Assembly (NCBI RefSeq): GCF_037042905.1
Contig: NC_087250.1
Location: forward strand, 23,872,001-23,936,000
Length of the DNA: 64,000 bases
Reading direction: 5' to 3'
DNA from: Lytechinus pictus
Lineage: Eukaryota
The notes under the pieces are model-generated. The model did no database searches, had not been told where the DNA came from, and saw only the letters and a list, made by a program, of their open reading frames with translations. Positions 52,351-64,000 of the stretch are shown piece by piece. The number at the start of each line of letters is the position of its first letter. Position 1 is the stretch's first letter. A program made the translations under genes and the position numbers.

Positions 52351-53260
52351 GTATGTACCCTATCATCGTGTATCTAATTTTATGTATGAAATAGTTTGTA
52401 GTTAGCAACCTCTGCTCCAGGATTGTATGTGGTACTGTTTGATAATGCTAGCGATTCTAAAGGGGAAGAAAATGCTTTTATTTTATCTTCAGTATTTCCA
52501 GGCAAATCATTTCACACCTGCTCCTGAAAAAAAAAAATTGTCATCGTGGACCAGTAAAACTTGAATTTTATGCATTAAAAAAAAAATTATATTAGCTTTC
52601 TTAATCTTTGATGGATTTTCCTCAAAACTTCATCAATATTTGTATAATACAATTTTTGTCAGGGTGAACTTCCCACTTTAAGTGGGTGACTTGGGTAATA
52701 TTTTGCAAAGTACTTGTCAGTGATTTGCACTAATTAATTTGCTCTGTGTCATCAGATAGCTTTCAGTAGCTTCTATCCATTGTTAGTGAAAATCACTGAC
52801 TATTTTAAAATGTTTTTTTTTTGTTTCATGAAATATCCCCACATCGTTAGCTTTGGCTAGAATTGGATGCAGACCTGTCTAAAACACTTGTGCAACTATG
52901 AGAATAAAGAGTTTCAAACTCTACACATTCTGAGCATATTTTTATTACATTGGTGACTTTTCTTTGATTCTATAAAGTTTATGGTTCTAATTCATGAGCA
53001 ATTTCTCTCTGTCCCTCTCTTACTGTTTGTATGTTTCTCTCTCTTTCTGTCTGTCTTTCTCTCTCTCTGCCCCCTTCATTCTCTATCTCTTTATTTTAAA
53101 ATGATACTGGCTCACATTCCCAGATATGGTTAGCCAACTGTACCATAATTGATTATATTCATTTCAATTCATTTTCACTATGATCTAAGTTTGCTGTAAT
53201 GTTCGTTTCTAATTCATGATAAATAATTTCCAAGATAACATATGCCCATGAAAGAAAATA

Positions 53261-53571
53261 GGCCCGTATTCTGAAGTTGGGTTTAACTTAGACCATGGTC
53301 TAACTCTGTGCTAGAATTATGGCTAGCCAAATGTTTCAAAATTTTGTTTACGGTGAATGCTTCTCATGTTTACTGTGCTCTTTACTAATTCTTTAATGGT
53401 GAAGACAACTTTTTTACTTATCCTTCCCAGGCAGTTAATAATGTTTTGGGAGTCAAATGAGCTGATACATTGACCTCTACTGTTATAGATTTATGTAACA
53501 ACTGGCTTTCCATAGTTAAACCACAACTTAAAACCAGAGTTCGAATTAAACCTGACTTCAGAATACGGGCC
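53261..53571. mobile_element. Harbinger-like MITE
   Basis: GGCCCGTATTCTGAAGT ... ACTTCAGAATACGGGCC; 3-bp TSD ATA. Confidence 0.85.
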
Positions 53572-53667
53572 ATAGTGTACTGTGAAACCACTGCACTCTT
53601 ATTCTTTGCCATGGAAACCTTCAGAAGTTATAAATAGTTTTCAATCGTGTATTTTCTTCACTTCAAG

Positions 53668-53775
53668 GGATCTGGTAAAACATTCACCATCGGTGGCGCT
53701 GATGTCATCAACATCCCTGAGAATGAGCAAGGCATTATACCGAGGGCCGTAGGTCACATCTTCGATAATATCAGG
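53668..53775 (+). CDS. KIF27: KIF27 coding exon 4
   Basis: GSGKTFTIGG...GIIPRAVGHIF (P-loop). Confidence 0.95.
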
Positions 53776-54525
53776 GTAAGGACTTAACTTATTTAGATGG
53801 AGCCAGAGGCATTATGTTCGTGGGTCGTCTGTCTGTCCGTCCCATTTTTGTTTTTGTGAAAACTCAAGAACCCTTCAACAGATTGATTCCATATTTAGAT
53901 TATATATGTATATGACCATAAACTGATTAGTGTGTGTGTGGGGGGTATGGAGTATAAAGTCATTTGTAAGTCATTAGGTATGCTTGTATACTGCTAATCG
54001 CAGTCCTCCCAATAATAAATAAATAAATATTGAATTTAAAAGCATTAATTTCATTGTTTTCTGCATCCTTCTGTTATGAAATCCTAAATCCTCCTCAGCA
54101 GAGAAAACAGGGTTCGGACTATTTTGCCCCTAAAAGGGCCCTGGAAATTGAAAGAAGAACCCCAGAAAATTCCCAATCACTGCAACGCTAAAGTTTATCC
54201 AATGTTGCATATTTATACAGTAGGTTGTGAAAAGTAGCCCATGAAAATGATATCATTTTTTTTAAAGCCTGCTTCACCGTATCATCTATTACAGAGCTAC
54301 CAAGTAGTAAAGATTTTCCATATTTTGTACTGAAAAATTAGAATACTGATGGTTTCATGCAAAATACTGATTTCTATAAAAGTTCTAGCTTTATGTGTTA
54401 TCCTATGGTATTTCTTAGAAAAGTCTGATTTCCTAACCAAAATAATGATTTTTCAGCTTTTAAAATGGTGGAATGTTCTTATTCAGGTCTTTGTACTTAG
54501 TTTCTTTCTGTCTATTTCTCTGCAG

Positions 54526-54658
54526 AATAACCACAACCGTGATTTCACAATCCATGTGTCTTACATCGAGGTTTATAAAGAAGATTTGAGAGATCTATTG
54601 GACATGGAGACTAGCAGTAAAGATATGCATATCAGAGAAGATGACCAGGGAAATACAG
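54526..54658 (+). CDS. KIF27: KIF27 coding exon 5
   Basis: VSYIEVYKEDLRDLL...IREDDQGNT. Confidence 0.95.
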
Positions 54659-54714
54659 GTTAGAGAGAGAGAGAGAGACAGAGAGATATACAGAGAGCAT
54701 CAGAGCGTGCAAAT

Positions 54715-54987
54715 AATAATAATAATATAGGGTATTTATATTGCGCACATATCCACCTTGTTAGGTGCTCAAGGCGCTCCTATATTGCCCGGCTAAGCTA
54801 GGCTTTCACAGCGCACACAGCTTTTTGAGGAATTACTTCCTACCGCTACTCATTTACCTCACCTTGGTTGAGTGCAGCGCACTGTGGGTCAGTTTCTTGC
54901 TGAAGGAAATTATGCCATGGCTGGGATTTGAACCCACGACCCTCTGTTTCAAAGTCCGGAGACTAATCCACTGGGCCACAATGCTCC
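54715..54987 (-). mobile_element. tRNA-derived SINE
   Basis: Reverse complement of the 11894 family: GTGGCCCAGTGGATTAG, GGTTCAAATCC, core, (ATT)n tail. Confidence 0.8.
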
Positions 54988-55237
54988 AAAAGATTGAGAT
55001 AGAAACACCATAAGAGAAAGGAATAGAGAAAATGATAGAAACAGATAGAGGAAGAGAGAAAGAAAGTGCAAAAGAAAGGGAATTTGAGAGTGAATGGGTG
55101 GGCAAGATTTAGAAAGATGATTAATAAAACCAACTGGATATGTAAATCTTTCTAGAAATAAAGTGAAAAACTTTATTTTTTTCTCATAGTTTTTCATAAT
55201 CGATTTTCATCATCATTTTGTTAAATTTGATTCCTAG

Positions 55238-55384
55238 TTATCCTTGGTGCGTCGGAGGTCCCATGTAGTTGTTTAGATGATGTCCTACGTTGCCTGGAGA
55301 TAGGCTCCGCCCACAGACACACAGGAGCTACTAACATGAACGAGCATTCCAGTCGATCACATTCCATCTTTACTATCCTCATGG
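55238..55384 (+). CDS. KIF27: KIF27 coding exon 6
   Basis: [21 protein letters not shown] (switch I). Confidence 0.95.
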
Positions 55385-56326
55385 GTGAGTTTGTGCAATA
55401 CTCTCTTTTTGACCTTGTTGCATGTGATTACAACAATTTCCTAGTCAGTAAAACTAAAAGAAGATATACATTGTTTAGGTGATAGAATTCAACTGCTCTC
55501 ATTTGAATTGAATTTAATTGAATGTATTTATTGTCCTGTGTAGAAAATTCCTTTCACATCGGGTTTACAAAATAACAAATACATATGCACATACACAGAA
55601 TGAATAGACTTACAATACCGTGGGATTGCATACACATACAAAATGCCTTATACGTTATTTCAAGTATAATTGCAGATATATAAATTAATTGATTATTCAA
55701 GTATTAATTGATTTGTGATTCCATCTCCAGCCAGAATACGCGGGTGGGGGGAGGGGGGGGGGTGGAACGAGTATTGCGAGGAAGGTAAATTAAAGGTGAA
55801 GGAGTATTCAAAAGGGGCGGGGTTAATTACCTCATAGTAAGCTAAGTACAATTCCCCGTTCTATCTGATAACTGTATATTAAAGACATGTTGAGAATTGG
55901 GGACGAATGACTGCCTAAAACGTCCTCTGTTAGTACGGGAGACACAGAGGCGAACACCAGACCTATTGAAGTTATTGTGACCTGAGCAAGACATTTCTGT
56001 AGACTAAAGATAAAACCTTCCAGTGTAAGATATTCCATTATCAAGCTATTGAAGGTATCATTCAGACCAGAGATGATAATCCTTCCCTCTCTCAGTGCAA
56101 AATCTTCAGTATAAGGCTATTATTTTTTTTTTGCTGTTGCACGCCACGTGGTTTCATTCAGAACAGAGATATAAAAAAAAAATCCTCCCATAATAACCCT
56201 ATTATTTTCCAATAGTGTATATATGGTTTCAATCAGATAAGTGATAAATAAGAGAAGGCCACTTCTAGTGTGAAATGCCCCTTTATAATCAATTATAACT
56301 CTACTGCTTTACATGGTATCATTCAG

Positions 56327-56515
56327 ACCAGAGATGGAGGGCTAGTGCAAACTCACCCTCCTCCTCTCCTGTCATCTCCCCTCGTGGCGAGGATGAACTC
56401 TCCGACGATGATGACAGCCACGACTACCATTTCATGTCAGCAAAGTTCCATTTCGTTGACCTTGCTGGATCCGAGAGGGCCCATCGTACCGGCAATGCAG
56501 GGGAGAGGTTCAAAG
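56327..56515 (+). CDS. KIF27: KIF27 coding exon 7
   Basis: SAKFHFVDLAGSERAHRTGNAGERFK (switch II). Confidence 0.93.
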
Positions 56516-56923
56516 GTTAGTACGCGATGTAGTTCATGCGTAGAAGAATAATTATCTATTAACCAAGGATATACTCGAGGCCAAAGTTTGCATAGAAAAT
56601 AAGTATGTCTGTTAATTTGGTCAAGTTCAATGGGTGATTTCAGGTTCAGTGTTGATCTTTTTGGTGTTGGTGTTAGGTCATTTATTTATATAACCATAAC
56701 ACCAAACATAAAATGAATTTGGTCCCGAAAAGTCACTCATTAGGTGTTGAGCCGTAAATATTGTGATTCGTATCATGTTTGTAAACTTAGAATAGGTTTT
56801 GGAGCAAGGAAACACGATCCAAAACGTGCTTCCAAATTCAACAGCATCACCAACATAAACACCGGACCTGATATCACCCATTAACTCATCATAACCTCTG
56901 ACTTTCTTTCCTTAATCCATCAG

Positions 56924-57147
56924 AGTCTGTGTACATCAACAGTGGTCTGCTGTCATTGGGCAACGTGATCAGCGCCCTCAGTGACCCAAAGAGGAAAGCC
57001 ACGCACATTCCGTACCGTGATTCTAAGATCACGCGACTCCTGAAGGACTCGTTGGGCGGGAATGCCAAGACGTGCATGATCACCTGTATCAGTCCTTCAG
57101 CCGTTAATTTTGACGAGACGCTGAATTCGCTGAAGTATGCAAATAGG
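56924..57147 (+). CDS. KIF27: KIF27 coding exon 8
   Basis: [15 protein letters not shown]...[20 protein letters not shown]...[11 protein letters not shown]. Confidence 0.96.
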
Positions 57148-57267
57148 GTGAGTTCATGTGGAAAGAAATGATACGAATAGCATTATTCAGCTCTCTTATA
57201 GCACTTAAATCATCAACGACATTCCTGAGCATTTTACAGGTATATTATTACATTTCCCCAGTAATGC

Positions 57268-58081
57268 GGCGTGTTTCTACAGAGAATCGTTAAACAGTAT
57301 TACCCGCTTTAAGTATCCAGAATTCTGTAAATCTTCCCTGTTGAAACAGACGCAATGCGGTTTATCGGTAAGCTGCATTGCGCAAAATAGAGTGAAAAAA
57401 TATATAAGGCTTTGAGAAAGTACAGTGGAATTATTTATCCGAGGTTGGTCTGGCAATTACTATTTTTCTCGATTCGCCCCAAGGGAAATATAGTAATTTT
57501 GCCAGTCCAACCAAGATTGATAATTCCCACTATGCTTTCGAATGAAACGCCTGATATATTTGTTTTATATCCTACTTTTAATAATTTATAACCAAAATCT
57601 ATGCGCTGAGCTTGCAAAGTTCGGTTACTTGTGTTGAATTACCTACTTTTCTCCGAGCCACCGCGCTCAGCGGAACGCAGATTATTGCCTGCGCCGACGC
57701 ATCACAGGACTTGCCCGGGAGAGAGAGAGCTCGCTGGCCGGTGCGCCCGAGAGTTTAGCTAAATATCCAGTTTTCTGAAATAATGATGTCAAAATATTGG
57801 TATAGCAAAAAATATATCGAGGTCTGACGTCATGCAACATCATAGTTTAAATATATTTGGTCACATGATGCTATTTGAACCAATCAGTATACAGGATTCA
57901 ATCAAGGTAGGATATAATTTGTCATAACCACCTCTGGGAGGTGGTTATTACCATGTTCCGCGACGCGGAATGTGAGTTAATCTGATTATTCGCTCTGTAG
58001 ACACAGGTTAAAAGGGAGATACGGTTTTTCGATTCCGGAAAAGATAAACAGTTTTTTAACGATTCTCTCTAGAAACACACC
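57268..58081. mobile_element. TIR element, possibly with a nested insertion (~57430-57918)
   Basis: GG(C/T)GTGTTTCTA(C/G)AGAGAATCGTTAAA inverted at both ends; TSD not clear. Confidence 0.6.
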
Positions 58082-58165
58082 AAATAATTTCTGGCTTGCC
58101 CACCCACCCACTCCCTTGGGGGCATTCCCACAAGAGTTCTAAGACTCAATTGCTAGGCATACTAC

Positions 58166-58290
58166 TTAGGGTAACCATTCAACACCTGGGTGGAGAATTG
58201 CAAATTGTGGATTGATGCCTTGCCGAAGGATGCTATGCCGTGGTGGGATTCGAACACGCAACCCTCTTATTACAAGGCAAGGGTCAGAAC
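58166..58290 (-). mobile_element. tRNA-derived SINE fragment
   Basis: Minus strand GTTCGAATCCC B-box and CACCCAGGTGTTGAATGG core. Confidence 0.65.
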
Positions 58291-58587
58291 CGATAAAACA
58301 CGACTTTCCCGCGGTGACATGCAGTGAACCCTTTGTATATAAAGACCAGCCAAGGAAGACAAGACAGTTCCATGACATTTGCTCCGGCGACAATTGCTCT
58401 GCTCTAAATTTTGCACACTAATCGAATAGCCATCTTCAAATCTGGGTTTAAAAATATACTATACCATAAACCTAACCCTATTGCGACCCTTACCCTAACC
58501 CTACATCTTAGACGAAATTAAGCCCAGAGCAATCGTCGCAGGAGCAAATGTTGTGTCACCGACATGACAAATGGTCTTTGAGAGCAG

Positions 58588-58743
58588 GGGCCCGTTTCAT
58601 CAAGGACTTGCAACTGTTGTAACTTTGCCAATATGGCAACTACCATGGTAACCTTGATTCTGATTGGCTGCTTAGCCCTGTTACCATGGTAGTTGCCAGT
58701 ATGGCAAAGTTACAACAGTTGTTAATCCTTTATGAAACGGCCC
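58588..58743. mobile_element. Harbinger-like MITE (related partial copies ~58850-58985 and ~5740-5860)
   Basis: GGGCCCGTTTCATCAAGGA ... TCCTTTATGAAACGGCCC; CAG on both flanks. Confidence 0.75.
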
Positions 58744-59017
58744 CAGGTCGACTTTAAGGACATGTTCCTGTAATACATGTTGTGATTGGGAACATTTTTT
58801 TTTGTTTTCAAAGCCGTCAGTTGAAAAAAAAAGATGCCCTTTGATCAGTCTTTATAAAGCGATGTGTTTTGGCATCCTGTATTGTAACTACCTTGGTAAC
58901 CTTGATTGTGATTGGCTGTTGAGTCCTGTTACCATGGTAGTTGCCATAATTACAAAGATACCAAAGTCTTTACGAATGGGGCCCCTGAACTTGACTTTTC
59001 TCTCTTTTTCAATTCAG

Positions 59018-59152
59018 GCTCGGAATATCAAGAACAAACCAATCGTGAACAAGGACAAGCAGGCGACCCGAATAGCTGAAATGCAGACCGAGATACAGGC
59101 TTTAAGGGATGAACTACAAAGGCATAGACTGTCGACAGCTAACACTGAATCG
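59018..59152 (+). CDS. KIF27: KIF27 coding exon 9 (neck)
   Basis: ARNIKNKPIVNKD...EIQALRDELQ. Confidence 0.93.
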
Positions 59153-59634
59153 GTGAGTGGATAAAGACACATGGTTTTAGAGACGAGCTACAAATTCATA
59201 ATCTCACTACAGCTAGTACTGAATTAAAGAAAATGAACTTGTTGGTTTTATTTTCTAAATCTTCTGTATGAAGACAAAGTTTTCTATTCACATTTTTCTG
59301 AGGATTCATGAAGGTCCTTGGAAGAAGGATATCTTATCTTTGAATGTTACACATTAGTCTTCAAGTACAGACTCATATTTGACACTTAAACCAATATTAT
59401 ACCATGTCTCAAGGGAAGACTAGATGCTGAAGGCTCTGTTTGTAGCCAGCCACAGTACATAGTGAATCTAGTCTCACTTCTTCAGACTCTGCATTATGCA
59501 CTTTGCTTTAAATATTGTGAAAACCAAAGGTCTGTACCTGCAGACAAGTTACACACCTCCACGAGAAGTGCTTTTAATTGTTCTTAACTCATTATTATTA
59601 ACTCATGTTCATTATTTTTGTTTTCTTTTAACAG

Positions 59635-59681
59635 GGACTAGATACAGTACGAGTGCAAGATCTGGAAGAGCAAATTGCTAG
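59635..59681 (+). CDS. KIF27: KIF27 coding exon 10
   Basis: GLDTVRVQDLEEQIA; AG/GT; phase 0 to 2 fits next exon. Confidence 0.85.
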
Positions 59682-59722
59682 GTAAGATGGGCTATATAGC
59701 TCCGGATTGGAATGAAACTTAA

Positions 59723-60322
59723 AGGTCAAGTCCACCTCAGAAAATAGTTGATTTGAATCAATAGAGAAAAATCAGACAAGCATTATGCTGAAATTTCATC
59801 AAAATTGGATGTAAAATAAGAAAGTTATGACATTTTAAAGTTTCACTTATTTTTTACAAAATGTTATATGCACAATTTAGTCACATGCAAACGAGAGAAT
59901 CGATGATGTCCCACACTCTCTATTTCTTTTGTTTTTTATTGTTCGAATTATACATTATTTCAATTTTTGCAGATTTGACAATGAGGACCAACTTGACTGA
60001 ATCATAAAATGTTAAGCAATGGTAATTCAACATGTTCAGGGAGAAATAAAACTTTGTTTCACAGGACAATGAGGAGAGAATTAGAATATTTCATATATCA
60101 TTTAATAAAATACAAAAGAAATAGTGAGTGAGTGATGTCATCAGTTCCCTCATTTGCATACCGACCAGGATGTGCATATAACTGTTTTGTGAAATTAAGC
60201 GAAACTTTGAAATGTCATAACTTTCTTATTTTACATCCAATTTTGATGAAATTTTCAGTGTTATGCTCGTTGGATTTTTCTCTTTTTATTCAAATCAACT
60301 TTATTTTGGGGTGGACTTGTCC
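59723..60322. mobile_element. Kolobok-like MITE
   Basis: TTAA|AGGTCAAGTCCACC ... GGTGGACTTGTCC|TTAA. Confidence 0.78.
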
Positions 60323-60804
60323 TTAATAAAAAAGGATGATTGTAACTATTTGCTACCTTTTTAAACACATCTTTATCACGTTAATTCATGAAAGAGTGTG
60401 ATCCGATTCCATTCAGCTTTCATTCTCAAGTCCAGCCCCCCACCTGCCCCTTCCCCCTTAAAAGATTCCAAGAGCTATGAGTGATAAGTCTCTCTGCTTA
60501 AAAACATAGGTTCACTTTTCAAGTTTAACTTACTTATTTAAAAACCTCCAGAACTTTGATATGTGTCTTATATGATATTTTTCGTATGGATGACAAAATA
60601 CTCCCAGAAAGAAGAAGAAAAAAAATCAAATTTGTGCAGACACTTCCCAAGATTTGTGTGAGTGAAATATCATTTTATTTTGGTTTATGGTTACTCTCGT
60701 AGGAACTTAGCATGACAGCGTTTTGCTGGTAAACGCCAAGCTGGTATATAACCAATTACATAGGAAACGTTAATCAGTCATAGTGGAGACCTTATAGATG
60801 ATAG

Positions 60805-60912
60805 ATATTACTCTCGGGCCTTTTTACCAAAGTGGAGACAATGGCAGAGTGGGGATTCGAACCCACAACCTTGTGATTATGAGTCCAATGCTGTATCACC
60901 GCTAGACTACAT
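60805..60912 (-). mobile_element. tRNA(Met)-like SINE fragment (intact counterpart of E's target)
   Basis: Minus strand GGACTCATAATCACAAGGTTGTGGGTTCGAATCCCCACTCTGCC. Confidence 0.7.
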
Positions 60913-61138
60913 CTCCTGGGGACTGTAACATAGTATATGAAATAATATTGTAACAGTGTTTCTGGTCACTTAATTTTTATCTTTTTTGAATGACTAAATA
61001 ATGATATTCGGGAGAATTTTTTTTTTCAGGGCTTCGTTTTTATAACATATCACAGACACAGGTGACAAGGGGGACCTTGCAGCTCAGTTTTTTTTAAAAG
61101 TCGAATCGTTTTTAATTAATGCCTTTTTAATCGCACAG

Positions 61139-61376
61139 ATATCGGAATGAGCTGTCTCACTTCCGTGTCTGCACAGACGAGGCCTCCAAGATCTTCTCTG
61201 GCTTCCAGGACAGCGATCGTCTGACCAAAGCCCAGCAGACCGCGGTCAATAACTGGATGGACCTGGCCAATGAGATGAAAGATGCCTTACGGTCGGCCAC
61301 GCCCCTTGACCCCGCCCAGTTTGGACCGGTAGAAGGACAGGAGAAGATCTGGGAGTTAGAAAGCAAACTCAAACAG
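61139..61376 (+). CDS. KIF27: KIF27 coding exon 11
   Basis: YRNELSHFRVCTDEASKIF...WELESKLKQ; open frame, phases fit. Confidence 0.88.
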
Positions 61377-61379
61377 GTG

Positions 61380-61775
61380 AGAGCCTTGTGGCCCAGTGGA
61401 TTAGTCTCCAGACTTTGAAACAGGGGTTTTGGGTTCAAATCCCAGCCATGGCGTAGTTTCCTTCAGCACCCCCATTGTGCAGCACTCAACCCAGGTGGGT
61501 GTTTTATAAAGCTGTTCGTAAGATACGAATGACTTTACGCACGACTGGTGATCCTTTCTTGTTCTATGTGATATCCCTAGGTAAGTGAGTTATGACCTAA
61601 GAACGTGTTCCAGTCGTGCGTAAAGTCGTGCGTAACTATACAAACAGCTTTATGAAACACCCACCTGGTGAGGTGAATGAGTACCTGGCCGTTAATTGCT
61701 TGTGTGCAATAAGGCCACCTGGCTAAAGCAGGGGTAATAATATCCTCGTCCTTTGGAAGTGCATAGAGATGTTAT
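61380..61775 (+). mobile_element. tRNA-derived SINE interrupted by a Harbinger-like MITE (61495-61664)
   Basis: SINE core CAACCCAG|GTGAGG split by GTGGGTGTTTTATAAAGCTGTT...AACAGCTTTATGAAACACCCAC. Confidence 0.8.
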
Positions 61776-61827
61776 ATCATTGGAAGATAAAGGTGAAACA
61801 AGAACTGTTTGAGCAATGTATTTTCAG

Positions 61828-62096
61828 GGCCCCGTCGTTTAAAGAGTTGTGATTGATCTGATCAACCACAACTATGGAAAGCCTGCAACATCAACATCTA
61901 AAATGCATGGTTATTTAAATTATTTTTTAAGATATGATGTGTATTCATACATTCATTATTTTCTTGACAATTCAGTGTACTTCTCTTTGTTCACAGAGTA
62001 CATTGAGGAAATTTTCTGAAGAAAAAATGATGACATTGATGGATTTCCATATAGTTGACGTTGATTGGAACAATCATAACTTTGTAAGACGGGGTC
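61828..62096. mobile_element. Harbinger-like MITE
   Basis: GGCCCCGTC ... GACGGGGTC termini; flanks CAG / CTG. Confidence 0.65.
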
Positions 62097-62149
62097 CTGA
62101 TTGATGGCATGCTCTTGTCTGATAATCTATTTTTTATTTTTTTCCCCAG

Positions 62150-62236
62150 GCATTGGCTGATCTAGCGAGTGATGAACAGATATTTGCTGATAAGAGAAGA
62201 GAAAATGAAGATCTTTTAGCCAGACTCCAAGATATG
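62150..62236 (+). CDS. KIF27: KIF27 coding exon 12
   Basis: ALADLASDEQIFADKRRENEDLLARLQDM. Confidence 0.88.
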
Positions 62237-62287
62237 GTATGAGAAAATAGACGTACGGGGGTGAAAAATACATGATATTTATTCCAG

Positions 62288-62489
62288 GGGGGTGTTTCAC
62301 AAAGATTTAAGTATGACTTAAGTCACACTTAAATGCCTACGCGTACATGATATGGAAAGCGGGATCTTATTGATAGATACGCAGTAGTGCGTGCCTTTTC
62401 ACTACGGTATGAAAGAGCCTTTCATACCGTACGAAACTCGGTATTTAAATGCGACTCTAAGTCATACTTAAATCTTTGTGAAACACCCC
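62288..62489. mobile_element. Harbinger-like MITE
   Basis: GGGGTGTTTCACAAAGATTTAAGTATGACTTA perfect inverted repeat; flanks CAG / CTG. Confidence 0.8.
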
Positions 62490-63189
62490 CTGGATCTTTT
62501 AAAATTTAATTTATTCAAATGCATGTGAAAGTGTTAACACTGAAATTTAAAAGAAAATGATTACATAATGAATGAAGGTAAAAAGAAAGACAGAATGAAA
62601 AAAAAAGAGGAGTAAAAAATGAATACTTTTCAAAACATAAATATGTAATGTTTCTTTGTTCTTTTACTGAGGTACATGTATCTTGTACTTATATTTATTT
62701 TTTCCCTTCTTTCTTAGCGCTTTGAAAGTTATGAATAAAGTGCTTTATAAAATTTGTATATTATTATTATTATTATTAATGAACATTAAATGAAAAATAT
62801 AATAGACTGAAAAGTGCAAGTTTGTATTGTTCCTGAGCTATAATTAGATTCATTCATTAAATGGGCATCATTCCAGTTAAATCCAAATACTAAACAAAAT
62901 TTGAATCATGTTCCTTTTACACGAGTGTAGCACAATTTGACCATCCTGTTATTTTCTAAAAACATTTGGCTATTTTTCAAATTTCAGACTGGAACTACTT
63001 CAAAATGATTCTCTGTTGTGTTTTCTTTTTCCAACTAAATAGAACAAAGGCATAAACAATTATTCCAAATTTTGTCGCTATTTTCTATCTCGTTTGGAGT
63101 AGTTCTGCTCTTGTTTGATTGAGTGTAATGACACAGTGTTTTATTAACAATGGTTTTGTTTAAAAAATGTAATAATAATTTTTTTGCAG

Positions 63190-63315
63190 GAATCTGAAAG
63201 AGATCGTTGCTCCAATGAACTAGAGAGGGCGCTAGATAATGTCCATCGTCTAGAGGGCGCCCTCATTGAACAGCAGACTAAAATCACAGAGCTTCAGTCC
63301 CAGTTAGGTCATGAG
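63190..63315 (+). CDS. KIF27: KIF27 coding exon 13 (coiled coil)
   Basis: ESERDRCSNELERALDNVHRLEGALIEQQTKITELQSQLGHE; AG/GT. Confidence 0.85.
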
Positions 63316-63717
63316 GTAAGGCTCCTGTCTTTATCTCATTCTGAAAGAAATGTGTGTTTCATGAAAGGACTTGTCAGACGTTTTATCAAGTCTCATTTTA
63401 TCCGATAAGTCCCATTTTATCAGACAGTAACCATAGTAACAATCAGTCTCATGGAAAATAGTTCTGTCTTGTGTTATGTGTCCTTAAATCTTTGTTAGAC
63501 AACTTAATAATGATGTACATGTAGCTATTGATAATAATAATAATAATAATATCCAAGTCCTTTGGAAGCACATAGAGACATTATTCATAATGTGATATGC
63601 GCTATACAAGAACTGTATATTATTATTATTATCATGTAGCTATTTATTGTATTTATTTATGATTGTCATTGTAATTCATTTTCTTAATGTGATAATTTAA
63701 TCTTGTTTTCCCCACAG

Positions 63718-63876
63718 AGTGTTGGTGGTGGAGTTTTCGAGCTGCCATTGGCTACCAGTAGAAGAGCTATGTCAGTACCTCCTCATGCAATGAGGACCAA
63801 ATCGGCCTCGGGGAGTAACACAGCGAGAGATAAAGTTAGACCAGAGTCTAGGAGACTACATACCAGTCCACCTTTG
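63718..63876 (+). CDS. KIF27: KIF27 coding exon 14 (gene continues beyond window)
   Basis: SVGGG...RRAMSVPP...SRRLHTSPPL|gtatg. Confidence 0.8.
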
Positions 63877-64000
63877 GTATGGAGGTTTATTTTGTAGATT
63901 TGTCATCTTTTATTCTTATGGTTTGGAATGAAAATGAACAATTTTTACTAAGGTAGTGGTGATGATTTTGAGGAGGAAGATGGTGATGGTGATGGTGATG

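Overview
AT-rich, intron-rich animal genomic DNA; the repeat landscape suggests an invertebrate deuterostome such as a sea urchin (inference). Three spliced protein-coding genes can be reconstructed with consistent GT-AG exon phases: the 3' part of PXMP4 (+, 96-2138), a complete VHL-like gene (-, CDS 13032-9464, 163 aa, probable non-coding first exon near 17730-17810), and the 5' part of a KIF27/KIF7-family kinesin (+, from 49764, running off the window). The most striking structure lies between VHL and KIF27: a ~19.7 kb 'Russian-doll' of non-autonomous TIR transposons at the putative VHL 5' end. A ~1.2 kb element C (56-bp perfect TIRs, 8-bp TSD ATGGACGA) has its left TIR split by two related P-like elements, A (13.6 kb) and B (4.9 kb), inserted back-to-back at the same 8-bp site (ACAAGCGT present three times). 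A carries an 8.1 kb CCCAGG/TA element D with subterminal repeat arrays and an apparent spliced cargo transcript, and D in turn carries a TTAA MITE. A relative of D (E, 4.5 kb) sits in the anticodon loop of a tRNA-derived SINE. No intact transposase ORF is visible. Other notable items are a decayed tandem array resembling the VHL alpha-domain exon downstream of the VHL stop, and Harbinger-like MITEs whose CWG flanks are often inverted rather than direct.
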